A stretch of DNA of 63,271 bases, counting the filler, from Octopus bimaculoides (taxonomy: Eukaryota): the NCBI RefSeq assembly GCF_001194135.2. It is 8 parts of 7 records of this genome, joined end to end, with 100 filler letters (N's around TTAATTAATTAA, not from the genome) between each part and the next. Parts side by side here need not be neighbours in the genome. Positions count along the whole stretch, not along the records: positions 1 to 16,199 come from NC_068982.1; 7 more parts are not named here. One strand, written 5' to 3'. Under the pieces are notes generated by a model, which did no database searches, was not told the DNA's origin, and saw nothing but the letters and a program-made list of their open reading frames with translations. The translations under genes and the position numbers were made by a program. Every line of letters begins with the position of its first letter. The first letter of the stretch is position 1. Shown piece by piece: positions 1 through 13,098 of this stretch.

Positions 1-120
1 TAAGGCACGCATTTTAGCTCTGACGACGCAACCTTCGTGTTTGGCGTTGAGGTGTTGGTCGAGGGCCATCCTCGCAGCCAAAACGTTGGTTGCGCTGCCA
101 GCTGTAAGTGCCTCTTCTAG
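1..120 (-). mobile_element. Fragment of L1/Tx1-like non-LTR retrotransposon ORF2 (linker between endonuclease and RT), cut by window edge
   Basis: Minus strand reads open: LEEALTAGSATNVLAARMALDQHLNAKHEGCVVRAKMRAL, resembling the G-x-x-VR[AS][RK] linker of Tx1/L1 ORF2. It is GC-richer than the flank and ends at an (AGAT)n tract. Confidence 0.5.
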
Positions 121-125
121 TTTTT

Positions 126-141
126 TAGATAGATAGATAGG

Positions 142-211
<70 letters not shown>
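126..211. repeat. (AGAT)n tetranucleotide microsatellite
   Basis: Direct reading. Confidence 0.97.
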
Positions 212-212
<1 letters not shown>

Positions 213-339
213 ACAGACAGATATAGATGTAAATATAACTCGTATTGGTTAATATATCGTGAACCAACTTTTGTAGAGACATTTCCTCTTAGTTTACGAG
301 TACTATTTGTGACAGCTATATAATGTATACTCATCTGCA

Positions 340-401
340 TACAAGCAATCAAAGTACTTCCGTTACGAAATACAAGCAATCAAAGTACTTCCGTTACGAA
401 A
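340..401. repeat. Perfect 31-bp tandem duplication
   Basis: tacaagcaatcaaagtacttccgttacgaaa at 340-370 and 371-401. Confidence 0.95.
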
Positions 402-3400
402 TAGATATTTTAGAGCCTGCTTTGATTCTGTTCGCACGAATTGGCAAAATAATCTTAGTATGGCAAAAATAAAATATTGCTTGCCCGACATGGAATTCAT
501 AACAAGCTATTCTGTTTTTCCTAGCATGTCCCATTCAGTATTAATCTATCCTATCTATTTAAGTATTTTACTGTTGGAGTAGTAGTTGAGAAAGATTGTG
601 ACAATAAAGTTTTGTTGAGACTTTGCATAGAAAATTCCTCACTGGTTCACACTTCCTTGTTTGGTTGTCTTTGCTATCCATTTGAAGACTATGTTGCTAT
701 TCGAGTTATTGTTAATATAGTTATTTGATTCTTATGGTTGTTCGATGTTGCTTACGTTTCCTTTTATGCTGCTAACTCCTTACTATTTATGATCATATGG
801 TGTACATAATATCCTTACATCAGCCATGTGTAACATCAACTCTGATTTTGTTTTAGGTTATTACTTTTATTCTTAGTTCATGCTGCTTTTTGGTTATTAT
901 TTTATTTTTGTGTTTGCTTTATAGTTTTACATTATTCATAATTTGTGTGCATAATGCGTACATAATTTATGTACATAATAAATGTACGTGATTTATGTAT
1001 ACGATTTGAATTTTGTAGTTGTTGTTTTACAAGGTATCAGCAGCTTATGTACTAACGTTCCACAGAAAATATGAGAAACACCCACATACATAAAAAAAAA
1101 ACCTATTTAATTACCATGAAACTTTAACTTAGGTCTTATGTACTAACGTTTCACCGATGAAAACATTTCGGTTTGTATTGTATAATCAAATAAAACTTAT
1201 ATATAACTCAGTAGTTATTTAGCTAATATGATATATCTAATTTACGTCATTTCATTAAGTATACCATACACAGAGACTTGGTTTAGATTTCTGCTTTAGA
1301 TTAGGTTTGATCAATATGATCGCAGGAAATCTATTTTATTTCGTATAGGCTTAGAAACATTTCTTTTTTTTTTTGCCTTTATTTCTTTTTTCTGTCAGTT
1401 TATCCTTGAAACTAATATATGCCTTGAGAATATTAAAGTACTTCCTATCCACATTTTTATTTTGTTTTGATATAACTCGTTTTGAAACACAACCTACGTA
1501 AAATACATTTCATTAATCTCATTATCAAAACAGGATATTTGTCAGCATTCGAAGTTAAAAAAAAAGGAAACAGAAATAGCAAACTATATAGTTACTATTT
1601 GTGGCATTTCCTTTCAAATTAATTTCTACAGCAATCTAAAAAGTTATTTTTAAAAGTTTTCTTATAGGCTAGTCAGAGAAGGGAGGGTAGCGCCCATGAA
1701 GTTATTGCAAGGTATCTCAATCAGGTTGATGGAAGAACTAGCTGTGATTACCATCAATTTGCAAATAAACTGAATAGATTAATAAAATATAATTTCCCGT
1801 CTGAGCCGGGATGTCGGATTTCTGCTATGTTGCTAGTCAAAGCATTTTAATGTCTTTGAAACAAAAGGAACTTACGATAAAATTATTTTGCAGCTTACAT
1901 GTAAAGCCATGTTCCTTGCTCCAAGATTTACAATGAAGACGAAAAATCCTTATACATTATAGTTATTTCTCCAACCTTTCATGAATCTATGATGACATAG
2001 AACTATTCGTTCTCTTCAATGTAGCGAATTTGTCACTCTTCAAAGAAAAAGAACTATCATTGCCGTTACAAATCAATTTTTGTAACAATAGCAGCCTGGT
2101 ACATTACATTCACTGGAATAATTACAATTTATTGAACAGAATTAAATTTACTTTCATTGAGAAAGAATTTCACTATTAGAAAGTTAACCATTAGCATACA
2201 GAAATTCTAAGAACTTGTTGGCAGCTCAAGGCTTCAATACCTTATTAGTGATTTTATACTACCTCATTTAATTAATTCTAGTGCGTTATGCTTCGTTTTA
2301 ATCGATAGTTTATCAATAATTTACGTTCGTGGTATATGTGTATACATTTCTTATGTAGATGGCGACGAAACTATATCAACGACAAATACGTACAATTCGA
2401 TTATTGGTAACAAGATGTCGAAATTAAATGTGAAAGGACATTGACTTATATACTCAGTTTATATATTTAGTTACATGCTCACTTTGTCTTAGTTGGAACG
2501 GTTATATGGGAAACATTTCGCTGGTTTTTATTCAGTATTGAAAGACTAAGTCTTTACGGAGATTCAAGAATATGTAGTCTCTTTAAAAAATTACACAAAG
2601 TTTGATGAAAAGAAATTATTGCCTCGTTGTACCACTACAAGCTTCTTCTGGGCAGAATTCTCCATTTCTACCACTTCCTGTCTACGCAGCGTTGTAGAAA
2701 CAATAATTATTTCTAGGTTCCATATATTTACTTTTACGAAATTATGCCCTTCAGAAATTTAGAGATATAACTATTATTCAAAGATTCCAAAAATATACAC
2801 TTTACGTGGTTGATATTATGCTGACATTCTTGGTGCTAATAGTGCTAGTGTTTTCTGTGCTAGAATTTTTGTTGCTTCTGTCAAATTGGTAGACATTGAG
2901 GAGGCTTAGAAAATTTATATACATTGAATGTTTAATTCACTGAAACTAAAGTGCCTTAATGTATAGAAAAATAATTTTAACTCTCAACTATTCCCAACGT
3001 TCCTCCTGACTTTATGGGAACTAACACACTCCACTTGATAGATTTTGAAAATGCAAGATATCAACTTAAATCTTCAGAAAATTGCAACGGGTTTTCGATG
3101 GAATATGTAACAACTAAATCAACCACGCTATTCCCAATTATCCTCATATTTTTACATGAAACTGAAATAGAAATAAAGAATAGTAAAAACAGAAAATTAC
3201 AAAATATTGCAGAAACCTTTTAACTATTACATGCTATCTGTTCGCCAATAGATCTCGCTGATATTTTAGTTCTAAAGTTTGCATGGGTTTTGAAAATAAC
3301 TGTCATAATAAGTTACAGAAAATTTACTAACAACCCGTCCAGATCGAACACTGCCTTTCATCAACTGATGTCGGTGAAAAAAGTTCTGTTTCAATACTGC

Positions 3401-4059
3401 GTTTGATTTGATTGATAGTACACATCACACTAAGTTTAATATATTGTGCTTATATTATAAATTAACATTTATCACAACAGAAAACCACACACAACCAAAG
3501 AAATAAACAAGCAAATAAAGACGTAGACACATAAATGAACGCATATCTTCGAACTGATTGTGAAATATTCGAAAGATACTCATCATATTCCTTCAAAACC
3601 TTCATACAAAACTGAAACATTACCTAAAATATGACTACATATCATACATCGTATAATATGTTCCATGCGCTTTTGTTGATATTTTTCACATGTTTAAGCT
3701 TAAATAAAATGATACGATTTAGCGCAAAGAATATCTAAAATTATCACGATTAAGCCCGTGGGATTTAACTATGTTTCTGTATTTATGTAAATATGATAAT
3801 TTGCTAAACTTGATTGTTTGAATTTATACAGTTGTGCAAGTTTGTAACTTGTAGTATATATGCAATTGTTGTGAATACAGAAGTCATTCTTCTTCCTCTG
3901 TAATATAGATATTAGATTACTTATATCTCCGAATATCCCTGATTTGCAAATGTGTCTAGAATATATAACAGGTCGTAGGCAATTTTAAACCTTCCCAGCA
4001 ACCAAAGAAAGCAATACTACTCTACTAGAGCTATTATTATCTTATTGCATAATACAGTT

Positions 4060-4063
4060 GTGT

Positions 4064-4100
<37 letters not shown>

Positions 4101-4173
4101 NNNNNNNNNNNNNNNNNNNNNNNNNNNNNNNNNNNNNNNNNNNNNNNNNNNNNNNNNNNNNNNNNNNNNNNNN

Positions 4174-4258
<85 letters not shown>
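4060..4258. repeat. (GT)n microsatellite spanning an N gap
   Basis: Direct reading; explains the CVCV ORFs. Confidence 0.97.
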
Positions 4259-4260
<2 letters not shown>

Positions 4261-5279
4261 GGCGTTCAGAAGTAATTTCTTAGCTACCTCACAAGTATAA
4301 CTAAATTAATTTGAAAGTTACTCTTCTAATACTTCCCTAGTTCGTGTATTTTAATATCGTTTTCAAATGAAAATCAAACAACGATTGTCCTTTGAAAGAC
4401 AATGTGTGTCTTAACATCATATTGCAACATACTATGAAGAACTGTATCATCTCTATTATTATCTCAGCGTGGTTTCATTGGAGCTTCTGCTGCGTCACCA
4501 ACTCCGTAGTTCAGATGTATTTGCAGCATTCTAATTTGAAGATTTGAAGTGTGAGTTGTCATTACCTTGTTTTGTTTTGCTTTTTCTTTCTGCTGCTTCT
4601 CACATTACTTTAGTGATTCGTATATTTGTTGTGTAGAATGTATCGTATTGTAGTGATTGAATTTGTATGTGATGTGTGAACTATTGCATGTGATTTAGAG
4701 ATGGGAGGTAACTTTGTAGAATACTGATTGTGCAATTCGTGTCTACGGATTGTGTAGAATGTATTGTGTGAAGTGTTTTATGGCGTTCATGCTTTTGCGT
4801 TGTGTGAGTTATGTAATGCTATTGTGTAGTGGTTAAGCAGAGTATGTGTTTTGTAGTTTGTGCTATAGTAACGGGATTCAATTGAGCATCGATTACTATA
4901 ACACGAAGATAAAATACTTTCGGCTTTGATATAATAAACGGCGATCGTATGAAATGTGCTTTGAAGGTTGTTTCGAAGTAATAGTTGGCGAATGTGTGCT
5001 GCAGAATATGCTTTGTGTTGTGTGGAGCGTATTAAATATTTTGTGTAGAACGTTTGTTATGTAGGTTGTGTTATTGTACATAGTGGTAGTCACGTAGAAT
5101 ATTCTTTTGTGAAAGTTGTATCATACTAATAGGTAGCAGTTATGCCTTATATGCGGTGATGTCTTGTTTAGCTAGAGTACGCAGTAAGTTGTACTGCTGA
5201 ATTCGTAATAAGCTGGATTATTGCAGCGTCTACGAGCACTACACTTTAATGATGTATAATTGTAATCCCTTGTATTTTG

Positions 5280-8000
5280 TTTACTCATTCATGTATTTTT
5301 CTCTAATTATCATAGGTATCATTTTTACTCGCATACCATACATCCTTTCTTTATTTCTGCTTCACGATCCGTACCAGTGATAATCCTCCGTCCTCTTTTG
5401 GTATAACATTTTAGTCAGAGAGATTGGGGTATGCATCAGAATACATACATTTTCAACATCGTCTTTGTTCTCCTTATCAGTATGAAGCGGTTTGTGACAA
5501 GTTATTATATTTATAATATTGTCCCATACCGAGTTGGTTACATGTTTAAAGCACTTATTTACACTTTTCGTGTAAAAGAATTGATATATTATGAAATGGT
5601 GGTAGCTGCCTACCCAGCCATGTATGAGCATAATTTTTGATTTCACGAACATTCTGCTGTCAGAAGTGATGTAATCAATTCTTTCTTTATGCTGATTCCA
5701 TAATCTATCCTTCTGCGATTTTCATTTTAAAGTTTTCAGTGAATCGTCATTGCCTATATGCAACTAAAATCAAACATCCTTTTCTAATTTTTTTTCGAAA
5801 GTATTTAAGACATTTTTAGATTTCAATCAGGTTTATTTCCACCATTTTGTCGTGAATTGCAAAATATTGGCCACCGAATCTTTTCTCATTGTTTTAAATT
5901 TAAGGTATTTTGGTGCTCTTTTTCCATCGTATTTTCTATATATTTCTAACCGCTTCTCTGTATTTTTCCTGTGATGCAATTAGCTCCCAGTTTTTCTTTT
6001 TTACAATGTCATTATATATAAGTCCCTATATTTCCTTTATAACCACTCACAAGAGTGACTGTTCTTTTGCTTTCTTCAAAGAAATTTTAAAACTCATTGT
6101 TGTTTCTGTATAAAATACTATATTGATATTAAAGGCTTCCTGCAAGTAAACTTATCTTGCCTGTATCGGATTCAAGATAGTGGCTCCAGAATGCCGTCCC
6201 ATTTCTAAACACTTCACTTCACTTAACTGACAATTTAATATGCTGAAGCTGTAGATTATAACTCGAGTGGATGGCATATTTATTCCTCTTATCTCATCTC
6301 TGGCATTAAATTAATTTCTTTTTCAATATTACTCTAACTCTTCTGAAAGATTCTTTATTAATTGTTCTCTTTTATTTCTCTGCGTGACGCATTTTATCAC
6401 TCTCGTCTATTCTTAATTATTCATATTTCAATGTCTGAATGTAATTTAATATTTTCCGGTTTTATCAGTTTGTACTTTTTGGCACATTAGTGTAATCCTA
6501 TTTCTACTTTGATATTGTGACTCATTCCACGCACAATTTCAATACGATCTCCAGTTGGTTGTTGTCTCTTATAAATACTTTTAAATCACCATTACAGAGA
6601 AGATATTTTATAATCGTTTAACAGTATTTATAACTACTGATTCTATCATCCAGAAAATGCAAGGTTAAGCAAAATTATAGAAGAGATAAGGAGTCAGCCT
6701 GAAGGATTCATCTTTTATAGGTATAAAACATGTGTAAAAGATTCATCTTTTATACATCTAAATTTTTAAGCTTTCTTTACCTTGCAGTATATAGTTGCTT
6801 TCCTCTTTGACAAGACATGATTGATACAGTTTCTTAATACTTAAGTCAAATTCATTGTGTAGTCAGGAATATACTGCAATATTCGAGTGTAGTATGTGAT
6901 TAGATGCTTTTCAGTAATCAATGGATACCATATTTCTTTCCTCTTTGTTAATTTCCTGGTTTGTTTAGTTATTTCCTTATAAACAAACATCTCTCCCCAA
7001 TTTCAGCTCTGACAAGGTGTCATTCATTTCCTGAAGAAAAGACCGTCTTTTACAGAGTATCGACGTAAGTTTATGGTATATATTCAGACAAACAGATTAT
7101 TAATTTATCAATATGCAATTCTGAGTGCTTCTGGTGCTCTCGTTTGTTGGAATCAGTATTGTCTTTCCTCTGGTTATCAATCTGGCATGGAATCTGGTCT
7201 ATTAACTAATTTGATGAATGTCTTTGTAACTGGTTCATGATTGCATTTCAGTCAGAAACTATCAATTACTTGACATTTTCAGTTCTCTTGCAGTATTTCT
7301 CACGTTGGTAGATTCCTAGTTAGTTATATTAGCAATACTTGAAATTTTATTCCATATCCTAATCCCTTTTTTCATCCATAGTATTATTAACTGTGTTTAA
7401 TGATTTTCGTTCTATATTTAAGTATAAGTTGTTTGCATGTCATCTAATCTATTATTGTGTTTTCCGATATCTTTGTAACATGTTTTAGTATTTTTTTTTC
7501 TTTTTCAGATACCGGTTTATCGTGATAGAGGCGATCACTCTTCCTTAGCGTGTTTTACATGACTGTACAAAGATGATTTGCTTAAGCTTTTCCTTTTATT
7601 TTTAGGACTTTTTTTCTCTTTTATTGATATTATAATTTGTCATGATTATTACTTTGTGTGTTGTGAGAAGATATTAGAACCCATTAGTTTCCATTTCGTT
7701 AATTTATATATTTCTGATGGATTTTTCTCAATGTTAATTCTGGTAAATCTGTTCTCATGTACATTTATTATTATTGGTAAGAGATGTGATCGGTGTTTTA
7801 TTCATGTTGATGCTGGAAATCTGCTTGGTTATTCCGTTGTTCAGGTGGAAGATGCTCATCTTTGGGTTTTTTGTTCATGTTTCTATATCTGGTTTTACTT
7901 TTTTGAAATATGTAATACCTTGTATGTAATATCTTTGTTGAAATATGTAATACCGTGTGTAGTTGAATCCTTTTTATTTTTATTATCATTTTAAGGCTCA
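5280..8000 (-). mobile_element. Heavily decayed R4/Dong-like non-LTR retrotransposon (N-terminal region plus RT)
   Basis: Motif remnants occur in the expected order on the minus strand, with many stops and frameshifts: PEQR..QAD (~7830; cf. TEQRLADQ), IGNDDSL (~5750; cf. FQGDSL), DYGISIKKELITSLL (~5680; cf. GY.I...INHLL) and IPKEDGGL (5381-5404; cf. LYIPRKEGGRGL). Confidence 0.5.
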
Positions 8001-9244
8001 TCTATTATATGTTTAGCCATTTCTCTTACGTTATTTTCTGTCTTTTTTCTAAGACATTTTTTAAGTGTGTACATGCCTCTGTGTAGTCCATTAATTAGTT
8101 TGATCTGTTTTCTTTTATTTATTACTCGTGTCTTTTTGTATGAGTCATTCTATTAAGTCAATTCTGACTATAATTTCAATGGAAAATCTGCAGAGAAATC
8201 CTTAATAAGTGATTAATAGCAATGCTAACACAGTAGGACACAGTAATTGACTTATTGAACGTTTAATATACTTTCAAGTATATTATGGCTGCATAACGAA
8301 ATGCAGTGCTTCTTCATATCATCAATATTTACGTACCAGCTGCCAGGAATGTTTAGTATGTAAAATTGGTATATCCACTATTGTTACACCGCTTATTTGA
8401 GTAATGAGTTCGTGGATATTTAATGGGTTGGATGGGTGCTGATGAAGAAACAGGAACTCCTGAAATGTGACATATATAGCAATTAACCATTTTACATCTT
8501 CGGTGTTATTGTCGTTTACATTAGGCGTACTCGAATACGAAACGTCGTAACAAATCATTACTTGCAGTAATTTCTATAGATAATCTGTAGAGTTGACCTT
8601 AAAAAGAGAAACATACGAATATTGAGTTCTACCGCAATGCCATAGTGAAATATATATATTAGTATCTATGTGTACATCTATGCATCTATATATGTGTTTG
8701 TGAGAATGTGTGTGTGCGTGTACACACATATAACGCACCCGTGTCGTTTCCATCCATCATCCGTTCCCTCTCTCTACATATATGTATATGTACCTTAATC
8801 CCCTGAGATTGCAGATACTATTTCTGAATCTCTTTGATTCTTTAGATGTGCTGGCCTCCTGATAATTAATCGATATTAATTAATATATGATTAATTACCA
8901 GATTTTATAATAATATTTTACCCATTACCCATGTTCTCATACTGAATATATACGACGCAGTAAATATTTTCTGCAGATATATTCCTGGAATTAGCGCNNN
9001 NNNNNNNNNNNNNNNNNNNNNNNNNNNNNNNNNNNNNNNNNNNNNNNNNNNNNNNNNNNNNNNNNNNNNNNNNNNNNNNNNNNNNNNNNNNNNNNNNNNN
9101 NNNNNNNNNNNNNNNNNNNNNNNNNNNNNNNNNNNNNNNNNNNNNNNNNNNNNNNNNNNNNNNNNNNNNNNNNNNNNNNNNNNNNNNNNNNNNNNNNNNN
9201 NNNNNNNNNNNNNNNNNNNNNNNNNNNNNNNNNNNNNNNNNNNN

Positions 9245-9281
<37 letters not shown>

Positions 9282-9482
9282 TATACATATAATTATATGT
9301 ATATGTGTATATATATATATATATAATATATATATATACATATACATATGCTATATATAGTATATATATATGATACATATATATTATATATATATATACT
9401 TATTTATATATGATATATACATATTTATATATAATACATATATATATTTATATATACATATATATTTCAATATATATATATA

Positions 9483-9765
9483 CGGGGATTGGACAAAATA
9501 ATGGAAACACCTTAAAATTCCAAACAAATTAATTTTAATATGGGGTAGGACCGACTTTGGCAGTAATTAGAGCATGAATTCTATGAGGTATGGCTGCATA
9601 CAAAGTTTGAATTGTTTCCAAAGGAATTTCTGTCCATTCTTCAGCTGAAACAGAGTCAAGTTCTTGTAGTGATGATGATGGAGGATATCGACTCCTTACC
9701 TGTTTTTCTAAAATGCACCATAAATGTTCAATAATTTTGAGATGTGGGAACTTTGGTGGTCAGAT
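9483..9765 (-). mobile_element. Tc1-like transposon 3' end (transposase C-terminus plus one terminus)
   Basis: Minus translation *PPKFPHLKIIEHLWCILEKQVRSRYPPSSSLQELDSVSAEEWTEIPLETIQTLYAAIPHRIHALITAKVGPTPY* (9535-9762) matches WPPQSPDLNxIEHLW...AKGGPTPY. The terminus TA|cggggattggacaaaataatggaaacac abuts a TA tract. Confidence 0.88.
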
Positions 9766-10573
9766 TCCCTGCCCTTATTCTTGTATATTTGGAGATAGAC
9801 AGACAGACGTATAGACATGTATATATGTGCATGTATATGTATATTCAGACAGAATATAGATTGTATTGATTCTCATTATACATTTCCGCTATATGTGTAA
9901 AGGAATATGTCTCAAGGAAGTGTTATTCATATGTAATCCAAATAAGGTACAGTTCCCCATATGACATTTAGTAAAGGCAAATTTTCTATGAACTGACAAA
10001 ATTGTCCAGTTGTCTATCACACGAAATGAAGACGAGAATAACTCGAATAATATCAGTTTCTTGATATTTTAGGAAAAAGACAAAACGATGAATAACGTTA
10101 AAGTTTGATATGCTCGCCTTAATGTTCGATATACTCACACAAGCGCATGTGCGGGCACACACTCATACACGCACAAACATGCACACAATCAACCAAGAAC
10201 ATCTTTTAGCAATAGAACCGTCTTAATTGGTTTCAGAATTAAACCTACGCACAAATATCAATTGGAAACAAGGAAAGAGTAAAAAGAAACTGAGAAAAAA
10301 CCTTAACTGGATTAACAACTCTTGAATCATTAATCAAATTATGATCATTCGCCCCTTTAATAAATACCGAATGACAAAAGTAGAAAAATAACATTTAATC
10401 GGCAAACGCAAAATGCAAATAAATGAACACATGGAAGCACTACGTTACATACACGTCAAGAAACATGAATAAGCCAACAAACAGTTCTCAGCTGAATATC
10501 GCGATGACGTCCAACGATATATTCAGTTTTAATAATCATTTATATAGACATACATACATACGTACAATGTGTG

Positions 10574-10659
<86 letters not shown>

Positions 10660-10669
10660 CTGTGTGGGG

Positions 10670-11128
10670 GGGGGCTCCCAATCATGAGGTAGTGAGTTCG
10701 ATTCCCGGACCCGGTTGTGTGTCATGTTCTGCTCTTCAGCAAGACACTTCATTTCATGTTGCTCCAGTTAACTTTCTAGGTGCAATCCCATGGTTATTCA
10801 AAGTCTTGTGGGTGGATTTGGTAGACAGAAACTAAAAGAAACCCGTCGTATGCATGTATGCATGTATGTATGTATGTATGTATGTATGTGTTTGTGTGTT
10901 TATTCCCCCCACACACACACACACACACATAAAGCCATCGCTTGACAACCGATACTGATGTGTTTATTCCCAGTAACCTAACGGTTCCGCGAAAGAAACC
11001 CATAGAATAAGTACTTGGCTTACAAGTACTTATTCTATCGGTTGATTTCTTCGACTAATAATCTTTAAGACGGTGCTTCAGCATGGCCGCAGTCAAATGA
11101 CCGAAACAAATAAAAAAATAAAAGAGTA
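10670..11128 (+). mobile_element. tRNA-derived SINE (family A body, alternative head)
   Basis: B-box GTTCGATTCC at ~10698, then gtggatttggtagac..gaaact, an internal microsatellite, catcgcttgacaaccgat, cagcatggccgcagtcaaatgaccgaaac and an A-rich tail. Body shared with the copies at 25933 and 47904. Confidence 0.85.
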
Positions 11129-11156
11129 AACATACATACAGACAGGCACACAGGCT

Positions 11157-11244
11157 GGTAGGTAGGTAGGTAGGTAGGTAGGTAGGTAGGCAGGTAGGTA
11201 AGTAGGTAGGTAGGTAGGTAGGTAGGTAGGTAGGTAGGTAGGTA
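11157..11244. repeat. (AGGT)n microsatellite
   Basis: Direct reading. Confidence 0.95.
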
Positions 11245-11413
11245 AACCTACTGGTATATCAGATGTTATGTAAATAGAGAGATATATTAATAGATATACA
11301 AATAGATAGATCGCTGAACTAAAGTGAAATGAAAAGAAATGTAAATTTTCTTTGTCGTTAATTCGGACTGAGCCTTGTTGGTTGTTGGACAGCTAACAAT
11401 GTATTTTGTTTAC

Positions 11414-13098
11414 ATATTTTTAATTATTTCAGATTCCCTCTCTTAACGCATGCACCTTAATACAATTAATTCACGTCTGCTTAATCGAAACATCTGTTTA
11501 TAAAATATGGACAAACGACAGACGACATTAGCTAAAGAGGGAAAGAATGAAAAGGATTATACTTCAAAAAAATAAACATGTACTGCATATAGGATGTGTC
11601 AGCCACCAAATAATTGCATTTTAGCTACTTCAGTAACAGGTGAACAAGATGGAATGTGCTTCCAGATAATTCGCATGAAGCTAGCTCCAAATGACTCCAA
11701 CCTTCATTTCAGAATGAGTTCAGTTCCCTGTAAGGCCGTCCTACTCTCTGATAATAAATAAAGCACACAGACATTTAACAAAATTATAAATAGATAACAT
11801 TTAATCAATATATATTAATAAGTTTAATCTTTTGAATTCGTCTTTTATTTCCTTAAACTATGAAGCGCATTATATGTAAAACTTATTACAAGGAAGTAAA
11901 TAAGCAATACCTTATCAAACGGCAGGATAACAAAAGAGATTTTTGAAACTCCTTGTTTGTGTTCGATATACTTTCATAATGTTTTCAAATGTGCTGGCTT
12001 ATACCGTGGAATATTTTTCACGGGTCCTGCTAGTATTTATAGTTATATAACATTCTTCGATTAGTCTCTTCTTATTCTTTTCTAATGTTATCTTTTATTC
12101 ATTTCAAAATTCTCCACTTTTCTTTCCTTTCGTTTTATTTTTTTCTTTCGTCCTTCCTTATTTAATTCCTTACATTTTTACCACACTACCTACCTTTCAT
12201 AGTCTACGGGATTATACTGTATTTAAACCGGCAAAGAGTCTTTTGCTACTCAGTTGCAGGGGGAGCCCAAAATGTTCCTTTCTTTTACATTTTTTCTTTA
12301 ATCCAACTCGGCAAGGTAACATGCCCTTATTTTGTCTTCTTCTAATTCCGATTTATGACAAGTCTCTACTAGTCTGATTCTTTATAACTATTAATAACCT
12401 TTTATTTGCTCAATGCTTTTCTTTCTCATTTTCTTTTTCTCCATTATTTCTTACTTTTCTCTCTTCTACTCTCCCTTCGTCGCTCGATATCTCACATTCT
12501 TTCCTACTATCACTATTTGTAACTCACCGTCACTAACCCACATTTCCTCCGTCTTTTATTGGTGTTTCTATACTCTCAAATACCAGTCCGCTACCGGATA
12601 GGTCTAATTTTGATACTCCTTCCCAAAAACAGTTCCGATGAGGTAGCAGAAAGGCTATAACTTCGATTCACATAGATTTCATGTTTACGTGCTCATAATT
12701 TTTTTCTATGTTTTATGTGTAATATAACCTCAGTACACATATTTGCTTTCGTATCTATTCTTACATCAACCTGTCGCTGAATTTTTGAAACAGATGTAAA
12801 GAACTACTTAAATTGTTACATTTATGGCTACGTTTGTATGACATCTTTTGTAAACTATATCAAATATATAATCTTATATATACATGTTTGTGCATTTGCT
12901 TTACTTTTATTACATGTTTATTACACTGCTTGTAGCCAGCTCTTCATCTGCGTAATTATTTTACCCAGATTAGAAAGCATTCTCCTTACTCTAGCGTCTA
13001 CTCAACCATAAGAAGTATACATTATGTAATATACATAATGAATTAATTGTATTAAGGTGCATGCGTTAAGAGAGGGAATCTGAAATAATTAAAAATAT
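11414..13098. repeat. Perfect 60-bp inverted repeat pair (11414-11473 / 13039-13098) enclosing about 1.57 kb
   Basis: The reverse complement of atatttttaattatttcagattccctctcttaacgcatgcaccttaatacaattaattca matches 13039-13098 base for base. Confidence 0.95.
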
